A DNA stretch of 64,000 bases, taken from contig CASFNB010000006.1 in NCBI GenBank assembly GCA_949295915.1, positions 10,541-74,540 of the forward strand. Direction: 5' to 3'. Both the position numbers and the translations under genes were made by a program. The notes below the pieces were generated by a model. It was given only the letters and a program-made list of their open reading frames with translations. It was not told the DNA's origin and did no database searches. Every line of letters begins with the position of its first letter. The stretch's first letter is position 1. Source of the stretch: an uncultured Pseudomonadota bacterium (GTDB lineage: Bacteria; Pseudomonadota; Alphaproteobacteria; RF32; CAG-239). Positions 28,617 to 38,257 of this stretch are shown here, piece after piece.

Positions 28617-29097
28617 TTATCAGAAGGATCGCCTGACATTCTTTTTTAATACCGATCCGATAACCCTCTCAGCCTATAGTGGCGATTCGCTGAACCAAAA
28701 CGATAATCCACTGGAGTTTATAGCAGATAATGTCAACAACCAAATCATCTATGAAAAACAGGTCGTTATCAACCGCGGACTGTCAAGCAATGTCTATAAC
28801 GCCGGAAAAGTTGGACTGATGAGTATCAATGATAACAATCGACTCATTGTCCGTGCCTTAGCTTATACTTGGAAATTTAAGAAACTCTACGAAAAGGGAC
28901 TAAGCACCGATGACATAGCCAAACAAGAAAAAATGTCGAAACGAACCATCTACAAATACCTAAATCTTGCCTACCTCTCACCAAGAATAGTTAATCAACT
29001 TCTCGATGGAACCTTAAACATTAACCTTCAAACACTTTTTGAAATCGCCTCTAAAAACCTGAGTTTTGACGAGCAGGAAAAGATGTTAGCTATTTAA
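28588..29097 (+). pseudogene. C-terminal fragment of a serine-recombinase-type protein (mobile element remnant)
   Basis: LIVRALAYTWKFKKLYEKGLSTDDIAKQEKMSKRTIYKYLNLAYLSPRIVNQLLDG resembles the HTH tail of resolvase/invertase-family recombinases. No catalytic N-terminal domain is present. Confidence 0.4.
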
Positions 29098-29153
29098 TAG
29101 CCTAATTTACATTAAAAATTTTTCAGAATATCATTCATTATGGCAAAAAATTT

Positions 29154-29798
29154 GTGGATAAGAAAATGAGTGAGATTCAAAAACAATACTATCAACAACT
29201 TCAAAACCAGCTAAAGATTATGTGCAGTGCAACTATTCACGCACTAATTGATACCTATATGCTTATGTTTCCTGAGGCATACAAACAGGAAAACAAAAAT
29301 ACCTTTATGTTTCGATATACTTTTTATGCTTTTCAGCAAAGAGCTATGATTTCTGTTAGAAAGTTAATTGAACCTTCAAGTAAAAACAAAATTACAATTG
29401 AATCTATTGTTAAATTAGCTACGAAACCAGATTTTTCACTTTTGTCTGAAAAAGAGAAAACTGCATTAAAAGCTGATTATGATGAGCTATTCAACTCAGA
29501 AGAAACAAAAAGGATAAAAGAATTTCGAGATGCTTTGTGTCATAATCTTTTAGATGGAGATAAAGCAATGTATTATTATAATGATTTTATGTTTATTGTT
29601 AGCGGATCAATTCATATTTTAGAACAACTATACCTGATTGTTCTATCATCGCTCCCAACTTTTTTTGTTGAAGCTCGAAATATTGCAGAATATTTAGCAG
29701 CTAATTATTGGCAAGCTTTTGATAAAGCCGCAAAAAATTCTAACAATAATCATGATATAAATACTAAATTACAGAAGCTTCTAGATGGTGAATTTTAA
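29154..29798 (+). CDS. Second HEPN-like protein (Rx4H; AbiU2-like candidate)
   Basis: KEFRDALCHNLLDG contains R-x4-H. Helical protein of about 210 aa next to tRNA-Ser at the island edge. Confidence 0.45.
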   Translation: MDKKMSEIQKQYYQQLQNQLKIMCSATIHALIDTYMLMFPEAYKQENKNTFMFRYTFYAFQQRAMISVRKLIEPSSKNKITIESIVKLATKPDFSLLSEKEKTALKADYDELFNSEETKRIKEFRDALCHNLLDGDKAMYYYNDFMFIVSGSIHILEQLYLIVLSSLPTFFVEARNIAEYLAANYWQAFDKAAKNSNNNHDINTKLQKLLDGEF

Positions 29799-29972
29799 GG
29801 AATGAAGTGACTCTGCAAAAATCGGCAATGTATGTAACTGCCGGAAATTTTGCGTTTTTTGATTTTAAACGAGCTTACCATAGTCAATTTAGCAAAGTCA
29901 AGCGCCAGCAAAGCCCGCAATTCCGCAGGATGCAAAAAAAGACGCTATATCTAAGCGTCCTTTCAACTAAAA

Positions 29973-30064
29973 TGGCGGAGAGATAGGGATTCGAACCCTA
30001 GGTACCCGTTACCGAGCACAATTGATTTCGAGTCAACCGCATTCGACCACTCTGCCATCTCTCC
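29973..30064 (-). tRNA. tRNA-Ser (anticodon CGA)
   Basis: Acceptor GGAGAGA/TCTCTCC, anticodon loop CTCGAAA, long variable arm, T arm TAGGG-TTCGAAT-CCCTA, encoded CCA. Confidence 0.9.
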
Positions 30065-30137
30065 ATTTCTTTTGATACTAATAAATTTTATTCTCTCTTT
30101 TGGCAAGAACTATTTTTAAATTTCGCACCCAAACAAA

Positions 30138-30719
30138 CTACTCTCGCCCGTCATCTTCCAACCCGCGACGACGTAATCTTTCTATCTGAGCGGCTTTTTC
30201 TTTTTCATCTATGCCTTCTTCATCACTATGAACAATTCTTTGGCTCACGGGATGCCATTTTTTTTCTTCCTTCAATATCTGTTTAACCTCAGAAAAAGTT
30301 TGCTTAAAAGAGCGCGCCTCTTCTTGTTTGGCATCTCGCCCTTCTTCAAGATGTTCATTTGCTTTATCTCGTTCTGTTTCAGAAACCTGCAAAGGCATAA
30401 TTAAAATTCCGACAACATGATTAAGTAACTGTTCTTCAAAACTAAATCGACGATTTAAGCGGATTCTGACTTCTTCCTTATTATCATATCCAAAAACTTT
30501 AGACGGCAGTAAAGTAACCAAATCGTCGCAACGTTCAAAAACCAACAACCCGCGCACCAAACATAATACTCTCTCATTGGTATCTTGACATACAAATTCA
30601 ATAACATCGTTAAGTTTGATTTTCTGATGTTCTTCATCAAATAGCTTAACTTCAATGCGTTTTGTTCCATTAACAATTTTATCAAAAGAAAAACGCATTA
30701 GATACATTGTATGTTTCAT
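30138..30719 (-). CDS. ASCH-domain protein with a long charged C-terminal tail
   Basis: The N-terminal ~100 aa (FDKIVNGTKRIEVKLFDEEHQKIKLNDVIEF) fit the ASCH beta-barrel pattern. The tail is E/K/R-rich. Confidence 0.45.
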   Translation of the reverse strand: MKHTMYLMRFSFDKIVNGTKRIEVKLFDEEHQKIKLNDVIEFVCQDTNERVLCLVRGLLVFERCDDLVTLLPSKVFGYDNKEEVRIRLNRRFSFEEQLLNHVVGILIMPLQVSETERDKANEHLEEGRDAKQEEARSFKQTFSEVKQILKEEKKWHPVSQRIVHSDEEGIDEKEKAAQIERLRRRGLEDDGRE

Positions 30720-30903
30720 GTTTTCTCTCCGGTTATAATATAGATAGAATAAACCAGAAAAAAATAAGTTTCAAATAATTAGTATATCAACAAGAGCACA
30801 ATATCATATTAATAAATAAGATACTATTAATTTAAGTTAAAAAAACATTAAGTTCCATACCATCTCTGCTTTTCTCGAGAGGAAATAAAATCATTTTATA
30901 AAC

Positions 30904-31512
30904 TTACACCTTATTATAAATTTTCAATCTTGGCGCCAAAGGTAAAAACGTTTTTTCTTCAGGAACAGTCTCTACACTACCGAAAGGCATTTGAGCTAAT
31001 AATTTCCATGTTGAGGGAATATCCCATGTTTGAGCAACCATTTCATCTATCAACGGATTATAATGTTGTAAACTTGCCCCCAATCCGGCTTCTTCCAATG
31101 TTGTCCATACAATATATTGCAACATTCCGTTAGATTGCAAAGACCATTTATAAAAATTTTCCTTATACAAAGGATATTTTTGCTCCAAATCGTGAATAAC
31201 ACTTTCATCCTCAAAAAATAATACCGTTCCGATACCTTGAGCAAAGGAATTAATCTTAGCTTCCGTTGCCGCAAATTTTTCCGAAGAGACAATTTCTGCT
31301 AATTTTTGTTTTACGTTATTCCAAAATAAAACATAATCATAACCCAAAAGGAGCACAATTCTCGCAGATTGAGAATTAAAAGCCGTCGGGGCATATTTTA
31401 GAGAACAAGAAATCATCTCACAAATCTGCTCTTGAGAAATCTCTACATTTTTTCCTAAAGCATAAACAGAACGTCTGCATTTCACAGCATTCAAAAAACA
31501 ATCATTTTTCAT
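30904..31512 (-). CDS. Nitroreductase-family oxidoreductase
   Basis: RRSVYALGK near the N-terminus, APTAFNSQSARIVLL, and a typical length. Start set at ATG 31512, preceded by AAGGGA. Confidence 0.6.
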   Translation of the reverse strand: MKNDCFLNAVKCRRSVYALGKNVEISQEQICEMISCSLKYAPTAFNSQSARIVLLLGYDYVLFWNNVKQKLAEIVSSEKFAATEAKINSFAQGIGTVLFFEDESVIHDLEQKYPLYKENFYKWSLQSNGMLQYIVWTTLEEAGLGASLQHYNPLIDEMVAQTWDIPSTWKLLAQMPFGSVETVPEEKTFLPLAPRLKIYNKV

Positions 31513-31662
31513 AACATAACTTCCCTTTTGCAAATAATTACACCCAATTTAAATATAGAAATGAAAAAGAAACCTTCAAGAACAAAAAAAAATAAACAAA
31601 AAAAATAGACAAATAAAAAATATAATGTTATATGTTGACTGAATCAAAAATACGAGGAATAC

Positions 31663-32184
31663 ATGAAAAAGTTTTTAACAACATTTGCTTTATTGTTTAT
31701 GACAATCAATTCAACCCCGGCACAAGCAGACTTAGTGCTGGGAGCAGATGTTTACAGAACATTTATTGACACCAGCCAAGAATTTGAAAACTATACCGAA
31801 AGCAATTATGACATGATTGCCGCTGTTTTAGGATTTGATTTTAATGGGGTTGGTATCGAAGGTTTTTATCAAATATCGGATGATAACATAAATAACAATA
31901 ACTTCAGTTCCAAAACAACATCTTACGGCGCCGATTTTGTTTTAAGATTACCCACTTCCGAATATTTGGATTTTGTTACCTCTCTCGGATACGTAAATTA
32001 TAAACTTGAAAATCGCCTACGAGATTTAGAAAGTGACGGATTGCGCATTGGTTTTGGTTTTCAATTCAACTTTAACAAACATCTGGCTATTAGAGCCATG
32101 TACCATTATTCTGCTCTGACAGAAGAAGTAGATAATCTAAAAAGCGTTAATGAAATCAGTGCCGGTATTCGTATTAAATTTTAA
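31663..32184 (+). CDS. Outer-membrane beta-barrel protein (OmpA-beta-barrel/OmpW-like size)
   Basis: Signal peptide ending AQA, alternating-hydrophobicity strands, C-terminal ...GIRIKF. Confidence 0.55.
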   Translation: MKKFLTTFALLFMTINSTPAQADLVLGADVYRTFIDTSQEFENYTESNYDMIAAVLGFDFNGVGIEGFYQISDDNINNNNFSSKTTSYGADFVLRLPTSEYLDFVTSLGYVNYKLENRLRDLESDGLRIGFGFQFNFNKHLAIRAMYHYSALTEEVDNLKSVNEISAGIRIKF

Positions 32185-32654
32185 TCAAAAACGGCATAAA
32201 TCTTTTCCAAAAAATGTATCTTTTGTTGTTTAAATGCAAAATGTTTAAACAATAAAAAATTAAACGACGTAAGCACAAACAAAATTAAAGCTTGAGAAAG
32301 ATAAGGGTCCCACAACAAATTTTCTACAAAAGCCCACAAAAAGAAAGTATTGAGAAGATAACTCCAACTCAAAATAGCCGTTGACTTAAAATATTCACGA
32401 AGATGATTTCCTTCGGTTGCAAAAACCAAAAACTTATATCCGACAAAGGCCGAAAAAAACGACAACAACCAAGATAATAAAAGACTAACTTGATAATGCT
32501 TAGGATAAAAAAACACCAAAACGGCAAATACTAAATATTTTAAAATAACATTAACTACGGCAACCGTTAAATAGCGCCATCGTTCATTAATCTCAAATCA
32601 ATGATCAATATATGATTTTTCTTTAAGAAACCAAAGTTTTATATTTTGAAACAT
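32181..32654 (-). pseudogene. GtrA-family membrane protein with in-frame TGA at codon 19 (or shorter gene from GTG 32519)
   Basis: MFQNIKLWFLKEKSYIDH-TGA(32598-32600)-FEINERWRYLTVAVVNVILKYLVFAVLVFFYP... continues in frame into ORF 32181-32519. The conserved GtrA N-terminal helix lies after the stop. Confidence 0.5.
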
Positions 32655-32725
32655 ATATTTTCCTCCCTTTCATCTTTCAAACAGAAAATATAACTTTCAA
32701 AATCATACTTTCAACTCTAACAAAT

Positions 32726-33142
32726 TTATTTATTAATAATCTTTCTGATTGATGTTGTAGAGCGTTCAGGTAATCCTGGCTTTGGTTTTCTTTCACTAAC
32801 GACATACTTAATGCCCAAGTTTTCAATAACTTGGCGTTTTTCGGGACTATCTCCGTCACTGTTTACAAAAAAGATATCTGGCTTCACATCTTTTATAACA
32901 TCAAGAAAATCTATTTTTCCCATACCGGTAGCAATATAAGCCCCTTTAACGACACGCAAGGCTGCAACCATATACAAACGCTCTTCTTCAGTATAAAGAG
33001 TATCTCTGTTTTTAAGAGCTTTCACATTAGCATCGGAACCAACGGAAACATACAAATCGCCATATTGGGCAGCTTCTTCAAAAAAAGCAATATGCCCACT
33101 ATGCAAAACATCAAAACAACCTGAAACCAAAACCTTAGTCAT
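32726..33142 (-). CDS. Cytidylyltransferase-family protein (TagD/RfaE-domain-II-like)
   Basis: GCFDVLHSGHIAFFEEA (HxGH nucleotidyltransferase motif), ~138 aa. Confidence 0.8.
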   Translation of the reverse strand: MTKVLVSGCFDVLHSGHIAFFEEAAQYGDLYVSVGSDANVKALKNRDTLYTEEERLYMVAALRVVKGAYIATGMGKIDFLDVIKDVKPDIFFVNSDGDSPEKRQVIENLGIKYVVSERKPKPGLPERSTTSIRKIINK

Positions 33143-33242
33143 TATAAAAAAACTTTCATTGTTGATAATATAAAAAGACTATTCTATCAAAGAACATTTA
33201 TCAACCATTTTCTATTCAAAGGTCACAAAATTAATAACAATC

Positions 33243-33378
33243 AGACAGCGCCGACGATAAAGCCTTACAAATCGAGTGACCGCAGCGCCGTTAGTGAGCT
33301 TGCGAACTTACAAGCCAGACAGGGATTTTAATCCCTTCACCCAGATACAAAAAAACCTCCACTACGGGAGGTTGGAAT
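33243..33378 (+). repeat. tRNA-end-associated mini-element, Gly-type partial unit (5'-truncated)
   Basis: Retains ...SADDKALQIE-TGA (stop 33277-33279), the conserved CCGCAGCGCCGTTAGTGAGCTTGCGAACTTACAAGCC core, the tRNA-Gly-like T-arm/acceptor mimic CAGGGATTTTAATCCCTTCACCC, and the hairpin CCTCC-N6-GGAGG. Confidence 0.8.
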
Positions 33379-33620
33379 TGGAGCGGGCTGAAGGAAAGAA
33401 AAAACTTCTGTGAAGATTTTTCTGACGTCAGGCGAAGATTTGTTAGCTTTGAGGCGAGTGACAACGCCGCCGACAAAGCGTTACAAATCGAGTGACCGCA
33501 GCGCCGTTAGTGAGCTTGCGAACTTACAAGCCAGACAGGGATTTCAATCCCTTCACCCGTATAAACTAAATTTGAGATAAAAAAAAGACCTCAACACTTT
33601 TCGTGGAGGTCTTTAGAAAT
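33379..33620 (+). repeat. tRNA-end-associated mini-element, Gly-type full unit (242 bp)
   Basis: Begins TGGAGCGGGCTGAAGG, a copy of the tRNA-Gly 3' end with one inserted C. Hairpin at 33397-33423. Start-less frame ...RRRFVSFEASDNAADKALQIE-TGA (33454-33495). Ends with CAGGGATTTCAATCCCTTCACCCG and a hairpin that has a T8 run on the minus strand. Abuts tRNA-Gly. Confidence 0.85.
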
Positions 33621-33695
33621 TGGAGCGGGTGAAGGGATTCGAACCCTCGACATCAACCTTGGCAAGGTTGCGCTCTACCCCTGAGCTACGCCCGC
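33621..33695 (-). tRNA. tRNA-Gly (anticodon GCC)
   Basis: Acceptor GCGGGCG/CACCCGC (one C-A mismatch), D stem GCTC/GAGC, anticodon stem CAACC/GGTTG with loop TTGCCAA, T loop TTCGAAT, encoded CCA. Confidence 0.9.
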
Positions 33696-33848
33696 ATCAT
33701 CAGAACGAGATATTTAATACCATATAAAAAAAATATTGCAAGCATTTTTTTCAAATTTTTTAACTTTTTTTTATGGAGGCATAATCTTCCTTGCTTTTCC
33801 TAAAAATTTTTCATATTTTTACAATAAACTAACAAAAGGATAATAAAA

Positions 33849-34619
33849 ATGCAGCTTTCCGTTTATATCATTACATTGAATGAAGAAACCAGAATCGAAA
33901 CCACAATCAAGCAAGCAAAAAAAGTTGCCGATGAAATCGTTGTGGTTGATAGTGGTTCTAAAGACAAAACCATCGATATTGCCAAAAAACTGGGTTGCAA
34001 AGTCATTCATCATGATTGGGAAAGCTATTGCAAACAAAAATCCTTCGCCGAAAAACAATGCTTCAACGATTGGGTTTTAATGCTTGATGCCGATGAAGTT
34101 TTGTCAGAAGAATTGGTAGCAGAATTAAAAGCATGGAAAAAAACAACCCCTGAGTTTAACGCCTATAAACTCAAAATCTGCAATATGTTTCCTAATGATA
34201 AAAAGCCGCGCCGCTTTACACATACTTTTAACGTTGTGCGTTTATACAATCGTCAATTTGCCCACATGCCGGAAGATTTAATGAACAAAGACCGCATAAA
34301 AGTTGATGAAGGTCAAAAAATCGGACAATTCAAAAACGTGATACACCACTTCTGCATTTTGAGTTTGGAACAAGCTACGGCAAAATATAACATTCACAGT
34401 TCAGAATTGGTTAAAACCTTAGCTAAAAACAAGCGCAAAATTTCTAAATTGCGCATTTTCACCGAATTTCCGCGCCAATTTCTGCATTACTACTTTGGCA
34501 AAAGATATTGTTTGCTTGGTACCGAAGGCTATATTCAAGCCTTGGTTTTGGCCAACTTTCGCTTTTTGAAAATTGCCAAATATTATGAATATATGCAAAA
34601 AGAAAAGCCGAAAGCATAA
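33849..34619 (+). CDS. Glycosyltransferase family 2
   Basis: LSVYIITLNEE...VVVDSGSKDKT...LDADE (DxD) pattern of GT2 enzymes. Confidence 0.8.
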   Translation: MQLSVYIITLNEETRIETTIKQAKKVADEIVVVDSGSKDKTIDIAKKLGCKVIHHDWESYCKQKSFAEKQCFNDWVLMLDADEVLSEELVAELKAWKKTTPEFNAYKLKICNMFPNDKKPRRFTHTFNVVRLYNRQFAHMPEDLMNKDRIKVDEGQKIGQFKNVIHHFCILSLEQATAKYNIHSSELVKTLAKNKRKISKLRIFTEFPRQFLHYYFGKRYCLLGTEGYIQALVLANFRFLKIAKYYEYMQKEKPKA

Positions 34620-34655
34620 CATCTGCTTTCGGCTTTTTAATCTAAGGTTGATTGG

Positions 34656-36317
<1,662 letters not shown>

Positions 36318-36328
36318 TCACAAATCGA

Positions 36329-36619
36329 TTATTCTGTAATGATAGCTAAGATTTCAGGTTCTTTAATAATGAGGCGGTCTTCGCCTTTAACCTTGATTTC
36401 GGTACCGGACCATTTACCGAATAGAACCTTATCGCCGACTTTAACGGTCATCGGCACGAGTTTTCCGTCAGGAGTAACCATTCCGGGACCTATTGCTTCG
36501 ACAATACCTTCGCTGGGTTTTTCTTTAGCGGTATCGGGAATGATGATTCCGCCGGCTGTTTTAGTATTTTCATCGAGTCTTCTGATGAGGACTCTGTCTT
36601 GTAACGGTTTAATCGCCAT
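36329..36619 (-). CDS. groS: Co-chaperonin GroES
   Basis: [33 protein letters not shown]. Immediately upstream of groEL. Confidence 0.97.
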   Translation of the reverse strand: MAIKPLQDRVLIRRLDENTKTAGGIIIPDTAKEKPSEGIVEAIGPGMVTPDGKLVPMTVKVGDKVLFGKWSGTEIKVKGEDRLIIKEPEILAIITE

Positions 36620-36652
36620 AATTTTTCTCCAATATTACATTTTCTGATTCAG

Positions 36653-36682
36653 AAAGTAGGTATTGAAAAAAACAAAGTCAAG
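36653..36682 (-). promoter_or_regulatory. Sigma-32 (RpoH)-like promoter upstream of groES
   Basis: The minus strand reads CTTGAC-N16-CCTACTTT, resembling the CTTGAAA / CCCCATNT heat-shock consensus. Confidence 0.4.
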
Positions 36683-36699
36683 AAAGCAAGCAAAAAAAA

Positions 36700-36739
36700 A
36701 TGAAAAAAAACCTTCCGACTTTAATCGGAAGGTTTTTTC
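36700..36739 (-). terminator. Terminator after the ion-channel gene
   Basis: CCTTCCGA / TCGGAAGG stem followed by long T-runs on the minus strand. Confidence 0.75.
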
Positions 36740-37477
36740 TTATTTCTTCAAATGATCCATCACGGTTATAATAGCATTCATAATAAACGATACCACCACC
36801 AAAAATGCCAATAAAATAAAAGAGGTAAAATAGAGCCAAGCATCAGGAAAGACCATCATCACCGGACGAGCAATGGAAGAAGCCCAACCATCAAGTGTAA
36901 ATGCCTGCATCAAAACAAACAAAGTAGACCCCAGTGTTGAAAAATCTTTAAACACATCCCCATACAAACTGACACCGATAACTGCAAAAGAATAGAAAAT
37001 CACGGCTTCAACGGCAAGAAGAGAAATAAAATTCGGCAACAATTTTATAAAAGTATCAACCAAATTATCCAAACTTTTAAAATGATCTAAAAACTTAAAC
37101 AAACGGAAGACACGAAATGTTCGCAAAACAATCAACGAACTGGCGTAAGGAACGGAAGAAACAGCCACGATAATAAAGTCAAACACATTCCAACCGTTTT
37201 TAAAAAAAGCTTTTCGATAGACATATATTTTGAGGAGCATTTCCATAATGAAAATCCCCATAAACAAACGATCAAGCAAGAACAACATATGACTGTAATA
37301 AACATCAAAAACATCGGAAGCCAAAAGACCCAAAACAAAAGCATCGACAAGGATAACCGAGATAATGAATAAATCAAAATTATGACTTTCCAAAAGACGA
37401 GCCAGCTTTCGTTTATCTTCGACAGGCTTTTTCAAGAATTTTTCGGAAATTAACTCTTTAACTTTTTCTAACTTCAT
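36740..37477 (-). CDS. Voltage-gated cation channel of the bacterial NaChBac/BacNav family (single 6-TM domain)
   Basis: S4 voltage sensor LRTFRVFRLFKFL with basic residues every third position. Pore and selectivity-filter segment LMQAFTLDGWASSIARPVM. Confidence 0.8.
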   Translation of the reverse strand: MKLEKVKELISEKFLKKPVEDKRKLARLLESHNFDLFIISVILVDAFVLGLLASDVFDVYYSHMLFLLDRLFMGIFIMEMLLKIYVYRKAFFKNGWNVFDFIIVAVSSVPYASSLIVLRTFRVFRLFKFLDHFKSLDNLVDTFIKLLPNFISLLAVEAVIFYSFAVIGVSLYGDVFKDFSTLGSTLFVLMQAFTLDGWASSIARPVMMVFPDAWLYFTSFILLAFLVVVSFIMNAIITVMDHLKK

Positions 37478-37517
37478 GATTCTTTGTCCTTAATATTTAC
37501 TTTTTTTTCATTTTATC

Positions 37518-38195
37518 TTAAAAGAAATAGAATGCAATAATTATTGCAGATATTGCCGCCGAGGGACCGTATGCCCCGCTTCTTTGGCGCAAAAACACAG
37601 ACTGCAAAGCAAACAGAAACACCGAAAGCAAAATTGCATAAATAAGCTTCTCCACCCCAAACCAAGCACCAATAGCAGCCAATAACTTAATATCACCTCC
37701 GCCGAACATATCTTTATTTTTCCAAACCAAAAGAAGAGTTGCCAACACCGGCATAAAATAACCGACAGCAGCTCCCAGCGCACTATCGGCGGCGAAAGTC
37801 CAATCTGCAATAAAGGAGGCATAAACAAACCCGATAATCAAGAGCGGAATGGTTAAAATATCGGGCAACAAAAACATCCGCCAATCAATTTCCGTCATCA
37901 GGAGTAAAGACCAGATAAAAAACAAATGCCAATAGATTCCATATTCTCCGAAACGCAAAAATGCGGCAAAGAACAAAGCTGAAGTAACCACCCCGCAAAC
38001 AACGGAACGCCAAAAAAATTTGTTTTTTAGTTTACGATAGCGCTCATCTTGACGTTTGGCAGCAGAGAGTCTTTTACCCACGCGAAAAATCTCAACCAAA
38101 GCATAAGCAAAGGTTGCCGGCATAAACTTGGCAAAACGTCTGGCCATATAGGGAATAAAACACCCTAAAACAAAACCGATTAAGGCATAAAACAT
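37518..38195 (-). CDS. Prepilin peptidase (A24 family)
   Basis: Polytopic membrane protein with GGGDIKLLAAIGAWFG, the second catalytic Asp motif of A24 peptidases. Confidence 0.7.
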   Translation of the reverse strand: MFYALIGFVLGCFIPYMARRFAKFMPATFAYALVEIFRVGKRLSAAKRQDERYRKLKNKFFWRSVVCGVVTSALFFAAFLRFGEYGIYWHLFFIWSLLLMTEIDWRMFLLPDILTIPLLIIGFVYASFIADWTFAADSALGAAVGYFMPVLATLLLVWKNKDMFGGGDIKLLAAIGAWFGVEKLIYAILLSVFLFALQSVFLRQRSGAYGPSAAISAIIIAFYFF

Positions 38196-38257
38196 AAGTA
38201 CACTCCTTTATCAACTATAAAGGAGTGTACGTTAAAAAGCATAAAAATTAATTAATT

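Noticed and set aside
36620-36740. CIRCE operator upstream of groES
   Set aside because: I looked for the TTAGCACTC-N9-GAGTGCTAA inverted repeat on both strands and did not find it.
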